Shown here piece by piece: positions 1-9,381 of a stretch of DNA of 39,015 bases (position 1 is its first letter; every line of letters begins with the position of its first letter). The stretch spans positions 1-39,015 of IMG/VR virus record IMGVR_UViG_3300046000_002084. One strand, 5' to 3'. The notes beneath the pieces are model-generated. The model did no database searches and was not told the DNA's origin. It saw only the letters and a list, made by a program, of their open reading frames with translations. The position numbers and the translations under genes were made by a program. This stretch comes from a virus (Duplodnaviria; Caudoviricetes).

Positions 1-240
1 CTCTTGGTGGTACAGTCGGCGGTGCAGGTCTTGTACAGAAGGCGTATGACCGTCTTCTTGAGTTCGCTCTCCGCGCCGAACCACTAATTCGTTCAGTCGC
101 AGACAAGACACCAGCACAGCAATCAATTCCAGGCTCAACTGTAGTTCTACAGAAGTACGTTGACCTAAATGCAGCAACAGATACACTAACAGAGACAGTA
201 GACCCAGATTCAGTCGCGTTGTCAACACCTAACACAGTTA
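1..240. repeat. Left copy of terminal overlap (circular assembly join)
   Basis: 1-127 is identical to 38776-38902. 128-240 aligns without gaps to 38903-39015 with 12 substitutions. Confidence 0.97.
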
Positions 241-1166
241 CAATTACTCTTAACGAGTACGGTAACTCTGTTCTTGTAACACGCGCTTTGGAACTATTCT
301 CACTCGCAGATGTAGACCCAGCAATTGCTAACGTAATTGCATTCAACCTTGCAGATTCAATCGATAAGGTTGCGATGACCACACTTAACGGTGGAACAAA
401 CGTAATCTACGGCGGTTCAACTGCTACATCAACAGCAACAATCACTGCTGCTGCAACACTAGACTCAGCAGACATCCGTAAGGCTGTTGCTAAGTTGCGT
501 TCAGCAAAGGCTGCATACCGTAAGGGTTCACTATACTGGACAGGTATCCACCCAGAAGTTTCACACGACCTTCGTGCAGAGACAGGCGCAGCAGGATGGC
601 GCGACCCACACAATTACTCCACACCAGAGAACATCTATGCTGGAGAAATTGGACAATACGAAGGTGCATTCTTTGTAGAATCACCACGTTTGTACTCAAC
701 AAAGTCAGGTGCAGACCAGACAGCATTGACAACAACAGCAGTAACAGTTGCAGGAGTTTCAGCCGCATTCACATTCGGCGTTGCTTCATCTTCTGTAATT
801 GCAGCCCGCGCTGAAGTTGGCGACAAGATTGCAGGAACAGGAATCGGCGCATCTGCAAAGATTACTGCTCTTTCAACAACAGGCTCAACAACAACAATCA
901 CTGTAGACGTTGCTAACTCAGCAGCAGTTACAGCAACAACAGTTGTTACAGTTACACCAGTAACTCGCGTATTCTCAACAATCGTATGTGGAAAGCAAGC
1001 ACTTGCTCAGGCAGTTGCTGAAGAGCCACACGTTGTTATCGGACCAGTCGTTGACAAGTTGATGCGTTTCCGCCCAATGGGTTGGTACGGCGTACTCGGC
1101 TTTGCACGCTACCGTGAAGAAGCACTTTACCGCTTGGAAACAGGCTCATCAATCGCTGCTCTCTAG
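1..1166 (+). CDS. Major capsid protein, 3' part (N4-gp56-like, HK97 fold)
   Basis: Motifs ITLNEYGN, IHPEVSHDLR, GEIGQYEGAFFVES, DKLMRFRPMGWYG. Position after scaffold. The ORF-track start at 219 is an artefact of the linear break. Confidence 0.92.
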   Translation, partial: LGGTVGGAGLVQKAYDRLLEFALRAEPLIRSVADKTPAQQSIPGSTVVLQKYVDLNAATDTLTETVDPDSVALSTPNTVTITLNEYGNSVLVTRALELFSLADVDPAIANVIAFNLADSIDKVAMTTLNGGTNVIYGGSTATSTATITAAATLDSADIRKAVAKLRSAKAAYRKGSLYWTGIHPEVSHDLRAETGAAGWRDPHNYSTPENIYAGEIGQYEGAFFVESPRLYSTKSGADQTALTTTAVTVAGVSAAFTFGVASSSVIAARAEVGDKIAGTGIGASAKITALSTTGSTTTITVDVANSAAVTATTVVTVTPVTRVFSTIVCGKQALAQAVAEEPHVVIGPVVDKLMRFRPMGWYGVLGFARYREEALYRLETGSSIAAL

Positions 1167-1181
1167 TAGTTAATTGACGCT

Positions 1182-1207
1182 GTGGCAGGGGGGAAACTCC
1201 CTGTCAC
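1182..1207 (+). terminator. Hairpin after capsid gene (terminator or 3' stabiliser)
   Basis: GTGGCAGGGGG-GAAA-CTCCCTGTCAC: 11-bp stem with 2 G-U pairs and a GNRA loop; no U tract. Confidence 0.65.
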
Positions 1208-1232
1208 GGAGTAAGTTCACTAAGGAGGACTA

Positions 1233-1502
1233 ATGGCTACTTGGCTATTCAGAACACCAACAGTACAAGAAGGTCCTATTGGTGGAGCACGCCTATTTTA
1301 CTTCTATAAATTAGATGTAGGTGTGTCAATCGTAAAGCAAAACGGAGTCTACTCCCAGGAACGATACATCCTTGACTCAGACTTACCAACCTTTGAGCAA
1401 GTCTATCGTGGTGGAAGAAACTACAACGTGGACGATACAACAAAGGCAGCATTAATTGCTGGTGGTGTTGGTGTCACAGAGGCAAACTTCACAGAGGTAT
1501 AG
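1233..1502 (+). CDS. Hypothetical virion-associated protein
   Basis: AAGGAGG RBS, 89 aa, directly after capsid. Confidence 0.8.
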   Translation: MATWLFRTPTVQEGPIGGARLFYFYKLDVGVSIVKQNGVYSQERYILDSDLPTFEQVYRGGRNYNVDDTTKAALIAGGVGVTEANFTEV

Positions 1503-1508
1503 GGACAA

Positions 1509-1823
1509 ATGGGATTACATCAGATACAGACACACCCAGAGTACGTAGAAGGTTGCTTTGGTTGCAAGATACAACTTCTTGAATTATCTACTGGCGATGC
1601 CAAGCGAGATATATCTGACAAGAAGTGGGTCGGAGAATTGAATGCCTACAAGGAAGCAAGAGCACAAGGTATTCAACCAGCAGGAACAACGCACAAACAT
1701 ATCCAACAGGCATACGCTGCTAGTGAGGCTCTCAATAAACCTTACAACGCTGACACTATGCCAACTGCAAAAAACATCACTAAACAAACCGTCGAAGTAA
1801 TGAAAGAAGTAGGAGCAATATAA
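1509..1823 (+). CDS. Hypothetical protein with H-x3-H...CxxC motif
   Basis: HQIQTHPEYVEGCFGC; operon packing. Confidence 0.75.
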   Translation: MGLHQIQTHPEYVEGCFGCKIQLLELSTGDAKRDISDKKWVGELNAYKEARAQGIQPAGTTHKHIQQAYAASEALNKPYNADTMPTAKNITKQTVEVMKEVGAI

Positions 1824-1951
1824 TGATGAAAAACAAAGCATACAAGATGGCTGAAAAGATGGAATCTAAAAAAGAAAAAATGATGGAAATGAAGATGGGC
1901 AAGAAGGCTGTCAAGAAGGTTGCTAAGAAGAAGATTGCGAAGAAGAAATAA
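1823..1951 (+). CDS. Lys/Met-rich microprotein (42 aa)
   Basis: Manual translation MMKNKAYKMAEK...KKKIAKKK; AGGAG RBS; TAATG coupling at both ends. Confidence 0.75.
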   Translation: MMKNKAYKMAEKMESKKEKMMEMKMGKKAVKKVAKKKIAKKK

Positions 1952-2082
1952 TGCCAAAAGTCGGAATGAAAGAATTCGCATACACAGCAAAAGGTAAGGC
2001 AATGGCAAAGGCAGAAGCCAAGAAGACTGGCAAAAAGATGGTAACTAAAAAGACCACCAAGAAAATGGGAAAGAAGAAGTAA
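1951..2082 (+). CDS. Lys-rich microprotein (43 aa)
   Basis: MPKVGMKEFAYTAKGKAMAKAEAKKTGKKM...; TAATG overlap. Confidence 0.75.
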   Translation: MPKVGMKEFAYTAKGKAMAKAEAKKTGKKMVTKKTTKKMGKKK

Positions 2083-2084
2083 TT

Positions 2085-2285
2085 ATGCCAACTCCTAAAC
2101 CTAAGCCACTTACAGGCGATGCTGCAATCAAGGAAATCCAACGTCAGACATCCGCTAAGGGTGTAGCACAAGCAGAAGCACAAGCACGTGCTGCTATTGC
2201 AAAGAAGTACCCAGGGCTTACTATCCCTGAGGTAAAGAAGGCATCAGACCTATCACGTTCAAGAAACAAGAATTTCGGTAAATGA
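2085..2285 (+). CDS. Basic hypothetical protein
   Basis: 66 aa; fills the operon; ATGA overlap with the next gene. Confidence 0.7.
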   Translation: MPTPKPKPLTGDAAIKEIQRQTSAKGVAQAEAQARAAIAKKYPGLTIPEVKKASDLSRSRNKNFGK

Positions 2286-2467
2286 AGAACAAAGTAGAAA
2301 AGGTTATGGGCGAGTTCAAGCGCGGAACCTTACACGCAGGGGCTAATCCTAAAGGACCAAAGAAGGCGCCTATTGTTAAATCTCGTAAGCAGGCTATTGC
2401 TATTGCTCTCTCTGAGGCAGGCAAGTCAAAAACGAAAAAGACTGTTAAGAAAGCGAAGAAAAAGTAA
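2282..2467 (+). CDS. Basic protein, DUF6496-like
   Basis: KVMGEFKRGTLH...KSRKQAIAIALSEA pattern, recalled from memory. Confidence 0.7.
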   Translation: MKNKVEKVMGEFKRGTLHAGANPKGPKKAPIVKSRKQAIAIALSEAGKSKTKKTVKKAKKK

Positions 2468-2721
2468 TGGACCCAAGACTAAAGCGAGCAGGAGTAGCAG
2501 GCTTTAATAAGCCTAAGCGCACACCAAGTCACCCAAAGAAGTCACACGTTGTTGTGGCTAAAGAAGGAGACAAGGTTAAGACTATTCGCTTTGGTCAACA
2601 GGGTGTTACTGGAGACAAGAAGCCAACAGCACGTCAAGCATCATTCAAGGCGAGGCACGCAAAGAATATTGCTAAAGGAAAAATGTCAGCAGCCTACTGG
2701 GCAGATAAGGTGAAGTGGTGA
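2467..2721 (+). CDS. Basic conserved aquatic-phage protein
   Basis: NKPKRTPSHPKKSHVV...IRFGQQG...SFKARH...AAYWADKVKW. Confidence 0.8.
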   Translation: MDPRLKRAGVAGFNKPKRTPSHPKKSHVVVAKEGDKVKTIRFGQQGVTGDKKPTARQASFKARHAKNIAKGKMSAAYWADKVKW

Positions 2722-2876
2722 AAAAACAAGCATTCTGGGACAAGAAGAATCCTAATAAGAAATCAACACCTTTGACCCCAGCACAAAAGGCTAAGGCAAA
2801 GGCTAGGGCTAAGGCTGCAGGTCGACCTTATCCAAATCTAGTAGACAACGCAGCAGTTAAAAGAAAGGCTAAGTAA
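2718..2876 (+). CDS. Lys/Ala-rich microprotein (52 aa)
   Basis: GTG start overlapping the previous TGA; ...AKARAKAAGRPYPNLVDN...; TAATG coupling. Confidence 0.7.
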   Translation: MKKQAFWDKKNPNKKSTPLTPAQKAKAKARAKAAGRPYPNLVDNAAVKRKAK

Positions 2877-3142
2877 TGGCTAGTGTTCCAGGTTTATCAT
2901 TTTGTGCTGAACTTAATCGTTTAGCAAATGGTGGAGATTATCCACTAATGACTGTGTTCAAGGAGTCACAAGGTGCAGCCAATGCTTGGGCTGGGACAAC
3001 AGGTAAAGGCTTAATTGCTGCTCTTAACTACAAGGCTGATTCTGCTCGTCAACCTAATAACTACAAAAACCTTAATGCTATCTGTAACGAGTTAGCATCT
3101 ACTACTGGACTATCTGCTCTTGCAGCATTGAGGACTATCTAA
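2876..3142 (+). CDS. Hypothetical virion protein
   Basis: 88 aa; TAATG-coupled on both sides. Confidence 0.75.
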   Translation: MASVPGLSFCAELNRLANGGDYPLMTVFKESQGAANAWAGTTGKGLIAALNYKADSARQPNNYKNLNAICNELASTTGLSALAALRTI

Positions 3143-4080
3143 TGCCAACATTTGAAAGTATGATTGATGAAGTTCTCATCAACCTTGCAGGTTATACATA
3201 CCAGCAGGATAGAGCAACTTATATTACTCAAGACGTTTCTGATACTGCATCTACTATTGCTAGCCCAATCATCTTGCAGTTAGCATCTACCGACAATATC
3301 GGTAAGGGTGCTATTGAGATTGACGAAGAATTGTTTTGGTTAGACTCATTTGACCGCGTATCTAATACAGCCACCATCCCTCCTTATGGTCGTGGTTACT
3401 TAGGCACAGAGATTGCTGCACATACCGCTGGAGCCAAGGTTACTATTACGCCTACCTTCCCACGCTATGTTATTAAGAAAGCACTCAACGATACTATCGG
3501 CGCCTTTGGCGCAAACATCTTTGCAGTCAAAACAACAACATTTGTTTTTAATGCAGCACAGACTACTTACGCATTTAACAACCTCAACATCAATAACATT
3601 ATGACAATTATGTGGCAGGACATTGGACCATCACAAGAGTGGTTCCCAATCCGTCGTTGGTCTTGGGACTCGCTTGCTTCAAGCACAGCATTTGGTGCTG
3701 GAGCACAAACAGTAACTATCGGTGACTTTGTTCAACCAGGTCGTACCGTCAAGGTTATCTATGCAACTGACCCAGTGGCATTTCCAGAACTTGCAACACC
3801 AGCATTAACTAATGCTCAAGATTATGCCACGATTACAGGATTACCTAACTCAACACGCGATGTTGCAATCTTAGGTGCTTCTTATCGCCTACTGACCTAC
3901 TTAGACCCAGCGCGTGCGTCTCAGGTAAGTCCTCAGGCAGATGAGACAGATAGCAAGCGTCCATTTGGTGCATCACAGACTGCTACCAAGCAACTCTACG
4001 CACTTTATACACAACGCCTTAATGAAGAAACAGCAAGACAACAATCCCAGTATCCAATCCGCGTTCACTACAGCCGATAG
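3142..4080 (+). CDS. Putative head-tail adaptor / tail tubular protein
   Basis: 312 aa; helical termini around a beta-rich core; lies between capsid and fibres. Function inferred from position. Confidence 0.6.
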   Translation: MPTFESMIDEVLINLAGYTYQQDRATYITQDVSDTASTIASPIILQLASTDNIGKGAIEIDEELFWLDSFDRVSNTATIPPYGRGYLGTEIAAHTAGAKVTITPTFPRYVIKKALNDTIGAFGANIFAVKTTTFVFNAAQTTYAFNNLNINNIMTIMWQDIGPSQEWFPIRRWSWDSLASSTAFGAGAQTVTIGDFVQPGRTVKVIYATDPVAFPELATPALTNAQDYATITGLPNSTRDVAILGASYRLLTYLDPARASQVSPQADETDSKRPFGASQTATKQLYALYTQRLNEETARQQSQYPIRVHYSR

Positions 4081-4088
4081 GTAGATAA

Positions 4089-6692
4089 ATGACAACAAGA
4101 AAATATTCCTCACGCTCACAGCAGACAACGCTAGCAGCCAACCTTACAGACACAGCAACTAGTTGTACTGTAGTATCTGGCTCCGCGTTACTCGGTGGTG
4201 CAAGCGTTACCGCTGGTACAACATTTACTGTTGTCATTGACCCAGATACAGCCCTTGAAGAAATTGTAGATGTCACGGTTGTTAGTACTAACGTATTAAC
4301 AATTACCCGTGGTATTGAAAATTCTGGTACTGGTCAGGCTCACTCCGCTGGTGCTGCTGTTCGCCATATGGCAATTGGTCGTGACTTCCGCGAAGCCAAC
4401 CTTCACATTGAAGCAACTGGTGGGTACAACGACGGTACTGGTGCTCACACAATGCACGGTATTGCAGCAGGTGAAGGTGTCGTAGTAGGTACTGACAAGA
4501 CTCAGACACTTACTGCTAAAACTTTAACCGCTCCTACTATCTCTGACCCTACATTTACTGGTACTCCTAATGCTGCTGCTAGCATCAGATTCGAAGGCGC
4601 GGTAGCAGATGACTACGAAACTACCCTGACTGTAGTTGAGCCAACTCAAGATAATACAATTACCCTACCTAATACAACTGGTACTGTAGTAGTTGCTAAC
4701 GCAGCACAGACATTGACCAATAAGACTATGGGCGACGCCCTTAACGCTGGTGGGTTTAAGATTACAAATCTTGCTACGCCAACAGATGCATCAGATGCGG
4801 TACGCAAAGACTTTGCAGATGCTCAGGTAGCAGCAGCAGCCACAAGTGCTGCAAGTGCTGCGACATCTGCTGCCTCAGCAGCAACATCAGCATCTTCTGC
4901 TTTAACTTCTGCTAACTCAGCAAGTGCTTCTCAGACTGCAGCAGCAACTTCTGCTGCTAGTGCAGCAACTTCTGCTTCTACTATGGCAGCAAGCGTAACT
5001 GCTGCAGCATCTTCTGCTACAGCAGCGGCTACTAGCGCAACAAGCGCAGCAGCCAGTGCAACTACAGCAGCAAACTCAGCCACCGCAGCAGCAACATCAG
5101 CAACGAGTGCAGCAGCATCTGCTACAGCAGCGGCAACGTCTGCCACATCTGCTGCAGCGAGTGCAACAACTGCTGCTAACTCAGTAGCAACAATTGCAGG
5201 TTATGCAAGTTCTGCTGCAACATCAGAGGCTAACGCGGCAGCAAGTGCTACCGCTGCTGCTACATCGGCTACTTCTGCAGCGGCATCTACAAGTGCTGCT
5301 GCTGCTAGCGCAACTGCTGCAGCAACAAGTGCTACATCTGCAGCAGCCTCCGCAACGGCTGCAGCGACATCTGCTACAAGTTCTGCAGCATCAGCAACAG
5401 CGGCTGCAACTAGTGCTACCTCAGCAGCAGCAAGTGCTGCGAGTGCAGCAGCAGTTCTCAACCAAGCATTCGATGCTAAGGGTGATTTACTAGTTGGAAC
5501 AGGTGTTGATACATTTGACCAACTTGGTGTAGGTACTAATGGATATTTGCTCACAGCAGATTCAGCAGAAGCAACAGGAATTAAGTGGGCAGCAGCCCCA
5601 GTAAGCCTTCCTTCACAGACAGGTAATGCTGGTGAGTTCCTCACAACAGATGGAACCAACGCAAGTTGGGCAGCAGTTGCAGGTTCTCTTGCACAACCTA
5701 CTGAACCAACATCTCCTACAGATGGACAGATTTGGATAGACACAGATGGTACTGCACCAACTACAGTAGTTACTCGTTGGTCTAAAGCACCTACTGCTGG
5801 TACTACAACATTGACTGGTACAGATGATGGCTCAACAGTTCTTGCATACACACCAGGCTATGAAGAAGTATTTCTCAATGGTGTACTGCTATCTAGAACC
5901 AATGACTACACTGCTAGTACTGGAACAAGCGTTGTTCTAAGCGTAGCAACAGTTGCTGGTGACATTGTAGAAATCATCTGCCCACTGCAGGTGGCTTACA
6001 CAGATGCCATTACAACTACTGCTGCTAATGCAGCCTATGTGCCTAAGACTCTGACCACTACTACTGGCGATATTATCTATGCATCTGCTGCTAATACTCC
6101 AGCAAGACTGGGTATCGGCTCAACTGACCAAGTACTTAAAGTTTCAGGTGGAGTTCCTGCTTGGGCTACAGCATCAAGTGGGGCATTGACACTTATTACT
6201 CGCCAATCATTTTCAAATGTGGCTGGTACTGGCACAACATTTGACGGAATCTTTACATCAACCTATAAAACTTATTTAGTTGTTATTGAAAACATCTCAG
6301 GAGTGACATTCTCGGATGACCTTCAAATGCAATTCCGTTATGCAGGGCCAACAACACAGGCTGCTTCTTATTATGGCTCAAGCATTTATACAGACTACTC
6401 AACGACAACAGTTGCAAATCTTCAAACAAATAACGCGGCACAGGCAACACTTAATTCTGCCATTGGCACAGGCGGAGCAGGTGATTCAACTGGGTATATT
6501 TGGGTGCAAGATGTTGGCAATTCTAGTTATATTCCTAGATACCAAGGCTCAGTAGTTTGCCAAGATTCAAACATCATTAATTACTTTGGCGGAATTACTA
6601 ATACGGCAAGAGTTTATACAGGATTGTTATTTAAATCTTCATCAACAAATGTCACTGGAACAGTGGCAGTCTACGGATTGGCGACAGCATAA
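4089..6692 (+). CDS. Long tail fibre / receptor-binding protein
   Basis: TDKTQTLTAKTL and KITNLATPT..DA fibre motifs; about 210-aa Ala/Ser/Thr stalk; C-terminal globular tip. Confidence 0.85.
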   Translation: MTTRKYSSRSQQTTLAANLTDTATSCTVVSGSALLGGASVTAGTTFTVVIDPDTALEEIVDVTVVSTNVLTITRGIENSGTGQAHSAGAAVRHMAIGRDFREANLHIEATGGYNDGTGAHTMHGIAAGEGVVVGTDKTQTLTAKTLTAPTISDPTFTGTPNAAASIRFEGAVADDYETTLTVVEPTQDNTITLPNTTGTVVVANAAQTLTNKTMGDALNAGGFKITNLATPTDASDAVRKDFADAQVAAAATSAASAATSAASAATSASSALTSANSASASQTAAATSAASAATSASTMAASVTAAASSATAAATSATSAAASATTAANSATAAATSATSAAASATAAATSATSAAASATTAANSVATIAGYASSAATSEANAAASATAAATSATSAAASTSAAAASATAAATSATSAAASATAAATSATSSAASATAAATSATSAAASAASAAAVLNQAFDAKGDLLVGTGVDTFDQLGVGTNGYLLTADSAEATGIKWAAAPVSLPSQTGNAGEFLTTDGTNASWAAVAGSLAQPTEPTSPTDGQIWIDTDGTAPTTVVTRWSKAPTAGTTTLTGTDDGSTVLAYTPGYEEVFLNGVLLSRTNDYTASTGTSVVLSVATVAGDIVEIICPLQVAYTDAITTTAANAAYVPKTLTTTTGDIIYASAANTPARLGIGSTDQVLKVSGGVPAWATASSGALTLITRQSFSNVAGTGTTFDGIFTSTYKTYLVVIENISGVTFSDDLQMQFRYAGPTTQAASYYGSSIYTDYSTTTVANLQTNNAAQATLNSAIGTGGAGDSTGYIWVQDVGNSSYIPRYQGSVVCQDSNIINYFGGITNTARVYTGLLFKSSSTNVTGTVAVYGLATA
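4830..5455 (+). repeat. Coding heptad repeats (SATAAAT/SATSAAA)
   Basis: Degenerate 21-nt units with synonymous variation inside the fibre ORF. Confidence 0.85.
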
Positions 6693-6949
6693 TGACTACA
6701 CTCAACGAAATGATTGAAATTATTAAGGCAGAAAATCCAACGCTTCAAGTCGGTGATGATAAGCAAGGCTATACACAACTTAATGCAACAGAATATGATG
6801 CAAAAGTAAAAGAGTATGCTGAGGCACGATTGGCAAAAGAAGCCAAGATTGCCGAAGCCAAAGCATTGGCACAATCAAAAGTCGAGGCAATAGAGAAACT
6901 AACAGCATTAGGTATTGACCCTAAAGCACTAGGATTGGGAGTTAACTAA
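6692..6949 (+). CDS. Putative fibre chaperone 1
   Basis: Follows the fibre; ends KLTALGIDPKALGL; paralogue of 7611-7874. Confidence 0.7.
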   Translation: MTTLNEMIEIIKAENPTLQVGDDKQGYTQLNATEYDAKVKEYAEARLAKEAKIAEAKALAQSKVEAIEKLTALGIDPKALGLGVN

Positions 6950-7611
6950 TGACAAGAGCAAGAGATGTCGCAAACATCGATGGTCTTCTAACAACTACGG
7001 GTGACACCTATTACGCCTCTGCTGCAGGTACACCTACTCGCTTAGGCATTGGTTCTACTGGTCAGGTTGTGACTGTGGCTGGTGGGGTTCCTACTTGGGC
7101 TACGCCTGCAAGCGGTGCATTAACAAAAATCCAAACATCTACACTAAGTGCAGTGGCTAACTCAGGCACTACTTTTGATGGCGTATTTACTGGCACATAT
7201 AAGAAATACATTGTTGTTTTTGACGCAATGTATGCATCTGGTAGTTCAACACCGTTGTTGTGGCAATTTAGAATTTCAGGAACAACAAGAGCAGCAGGAT
7301 ACTATGGCTCATACAACGTAGTACCTTACAATGGCTCACTTACTACTACTGGCACAAACAATGGCTCAAGTTGCCAAATCATTAACTTGCAAAACTCTAC
7401 GGGGTTAACAGGTTTGACTTTAAATGTGCGAGGCGTTGGTAGTGCATCTTTACAAGGTCAGATTTACGGTGTTGGTGTTGAACAAGTTTCGCTTGGTCCA
7501 ATATTTGAAAGTTATGAAAACAACACTGCAGCGGTCAATACTGGCTTTATTCTTTCCGTTGCCTCAGGCACATTAACAGGCACAGTCACCGTTTATGGAT
7601 TGGAAAACTAA
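6949..7611 (+). CDS. Second short fibre / receptor-binding protein
   Basis: Clearly paralogous to the last ~215 aa of 4089-6692 (TTTGD..YASAA.TP.RLGIGST; GTTFDG.FT.TYK.Y; GTV.VYGL). Confidence 0.8.
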   Translation: MTRARDVANIDGLLTTTGDTYYASAAGTPTRLGIGSTGQVVTVAGGVPTWATPASGALTKIQTSTLSAVANSGTTFDGVFTGTYKKYIVVFDAMYASGSSTPLLWQFRISGTTRAAGYYGSYNVVPYNGSLTTTGTNNGSSCQIINLQNSTGLTGLTLNVRGVGSASLQGQIYGVGVEQVSLGPIFESYENNTAAVNTGFILSVASGTLTGTVTVYGLEN

Positions 7612-7874
7612 TGACAAAAAATGACAAAATTGTTGCACTCAAAGAAGAGTTTCCAACACTTAAAGTCGGTAGCGATGAAACAGGCTACACAGAAATGGAT
7701 GCTGACGAATATGAGGCAACTATTGCTCAATGGGCTGATGTCGAATTGGCAAAAGATGCTAAAGCAGAAGCGGAAAAAGCACAGATTGCAGCCAAGATAG
7801 CAGCAACTGCAAAACTTGCAGCACTTGGACTTACAACAGATGACCTCAAAGCACTAGGGTTAGGAACTAACTAA
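7611..7874 (+). CDS. Putative fibre chaperone 2
   Basis: PTLKVGSDETGYT...KLAALGLTTDDLKALGL, paralogue of 6692-6949. Confidence 0.7.
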   Translation: MTKNDKIVALKEEFPTLKVGSDETGYTEMDADEYEATIAQWADVELAKDAKAEAEKAQIAAKIAATAKLAALGLTTDDLKALGLGTN

Positions 7875-8044
7875 TGGCCACGATTAGCAATACACCCCGT
7901 CCTGGATATGTCTGGGATTCAACAGACAATGTTTGGTATCCTATTGGAGTAGGTGGACACGGACACCCTGACTATGCAACAACAGCATCTGTAACAAATT
8001 CAATTCAAGATTTACAAATCCTAACTATAATGCAAGCCCAATAA
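7874..8044 (+). CDS. Small virion protein (56 aa)
   Basis: Manual translation MATISNTPRPGYVWDSTDNVWYPIGVG...; TAATG coupling. Confidence 0.7.
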   Translation: MATISNTPRPGYVWDSTDNVWYPIGVGGHGHPDYATTASVTNSIQDLQILTIMQAQ

Positions 8045-8059
8045 GAGAGGTAGTAACTA

Positions 8060-8362
8060 ATGGCTACAGTAAGTAAAGCACTGGCTCGCACAGCAGCGGC
8101 AACATCAAGCACAACACTATACACGGTTCCATCATCTACAACTACAATAGTAACTAATATTGTAGTAACCAACACTGCAGCATCAGCAGCAACATTTACG
8201 CTGACATTTGATGGAGTTGCTATGTTTACAACAGTAGCACTTGCTGCTAACTCAACTGCAATGTTTGACCTCAAGCAGGTCCTTGCAACTACAAAGATTA
8301 TTGCTGGTCTTGCATCAGCAACTACAGTTAACTTTCATATCAGCGGAGTGGAGATTTCCTAA
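8060..8362 (+). CDS. Beta-rich virion protein
   Basis: TTLYTVPSSTTTIVTNIVVTN...FHISGVEIS; GAGG RBS. Confidence 0.75.
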   Translation: MATVSKALARTAAATSSTTLYTVPSSTTTIVTNIVVTNTAASAATFTLTFDGVAMFTTVALAANSTAMFDLKQVLATTKIIAGLASATTVNFHISGVEIS

Positions 8363-9135
8363 TGGCATCAACAGTATTTCCCGTGGCTAGTTCTGCATCT
8401 CAACCACCTACGCTCCCTACGGCAGTTCCAGTAGGGCTTACTTTAAGAAACACTTACACATCATCACAATCTGGACTTACTTATCCTGCTGGTATAACAC
8501 AGGTATTTGTAGTCTTAATTGGGGGCGGTGGCAATGGTGGTGCCGCTAATAGTTATGGTCGTGGTGGCGGCGGTGGTGGTGGTGGCGCAGTAGTTATGGG
8601 TTGGATTCCAGCACCAACGGCTATTACTGTTGGCGCTGCTGCTGGTGCAAGCACTATAGGCTCTCTTATTGCTTGTCCTGGTGGCAATGGTGGTGCAGGT
8701 GGTCCCGCTGACGGTGCAACAGCAAACGGTGTTGCTAGTTTTGGTGGTAGCGGCGCTGGCAATAATGCTGCTGGTTCTAATTACGGCTATTCAATAGGTG
8801 GAGGAGTCGGAGCAACATCAGCAACTAGCGGCGGAGGCGGTGGCGGTATTGGCACTGCTGTAGGCGGTGGTGGTAATAGTGGCTCAGCAGGCGGCGCTGG
8901 TGTTTATGCTGGCGGTTCTGCTGGTGCTAATTCCACATCAACTGGTGGTGGAGGCGGTGGCGGTGGATACCTTGCTGTCGGTTCTAACGGAACAGCGGCA
9001 GGTGCAAACGGTGGCGCTGGCGGCGCTGGCGGAGCAGGCGGTGGCGGCGGTGGTGGTGGTGGAGCGGGTACCGATGGAAACTCAGGCGGCGCTGGCGGCG
9101 CTGGCGGAGCAGGTCGTTGTCTTGTTTACTACTAA
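8362..9135 (+). CDS. Glycine-rich adhesin-like protein
   Basis: VLIGGGGNGG...GGGGGGG repeats typical of polyglycine fibre tips. Confidence 0.75.
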   Translation: MASTVFPVASSASQPPTLPTAVPVGLTLRNTYTSSQSGLTYPAGITQVFVVLIGGGGNGGAANSYGRGGGGGGGGAVVMGWIPAPTAITVGAAAGASTIGSLIACPGGNGGAGGPADGATANGVASFGGSGAGNNAAGSNYGYSIGGGVGATSATSGGGGGGIGTAVGGGGNSGSAGGAGVYAGGSAGANSTSTGGGGGGGGYLAVGSNGTAAGANGGAGGAGGAGGGGGGGGGAGTDGNSGGAGGAGGAGRCLVYY

Positions 9136-9147
9136 GGAGAATGAAGA

Positions 9148-9378
9148 ATGAGTAAAACTTTTGCAGTTATTATAAATAATATTGTTAATAATTTAATTAT
9201 TGCTGACACCGTAGAGGTGGCAGAGACAGTATCAGGTCATACCTGTATTGAATATATAGACCATACAACTGTTGGTATTGGCTGGACTTATGATGGTACT
9301 AACTTCATTGCTCCAGAACCTGAGGTAATTAATGACGCACAACAAGCGGCACTATCCACACCAATGGTGGCTGAGTAA
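9148..9378 (+). CDS. Small partner/chaperone of the Gly-rich protein
   Basis: FAVI.NNIVNN.I...GIGWTYDGTNFIAP; AAGGAG RBS. Confidence 0.7.
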   Translation: MSKTFAVIINNIVNNLIIADTVEVAETVSGHTCIEYIDHTTVGIGWTYDGTNFIAPEPEVINDAQQAALSTPMVAE

Positions 9379-9381
9379 TAC

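Noticed and set aside
4830-5455. CRISPR array or non-coding tandem repeat
   Set aside because: In-frame coding heptads with synonymous variation and no unique spacers.
4931-5851. Minus-strand Ala/Val-rich ORFs (71 and 216 aa)
   Set aside because: Antisense shadows of the GCN/ACN-rich fibre codons.
6040-7611. Diversity-generating retroelement or invertible fibre switch
   Set aside because: No reverse transcriptase or invertase is recognised. The paralogues are in direct orientation and differ at all bases, not only adenines.
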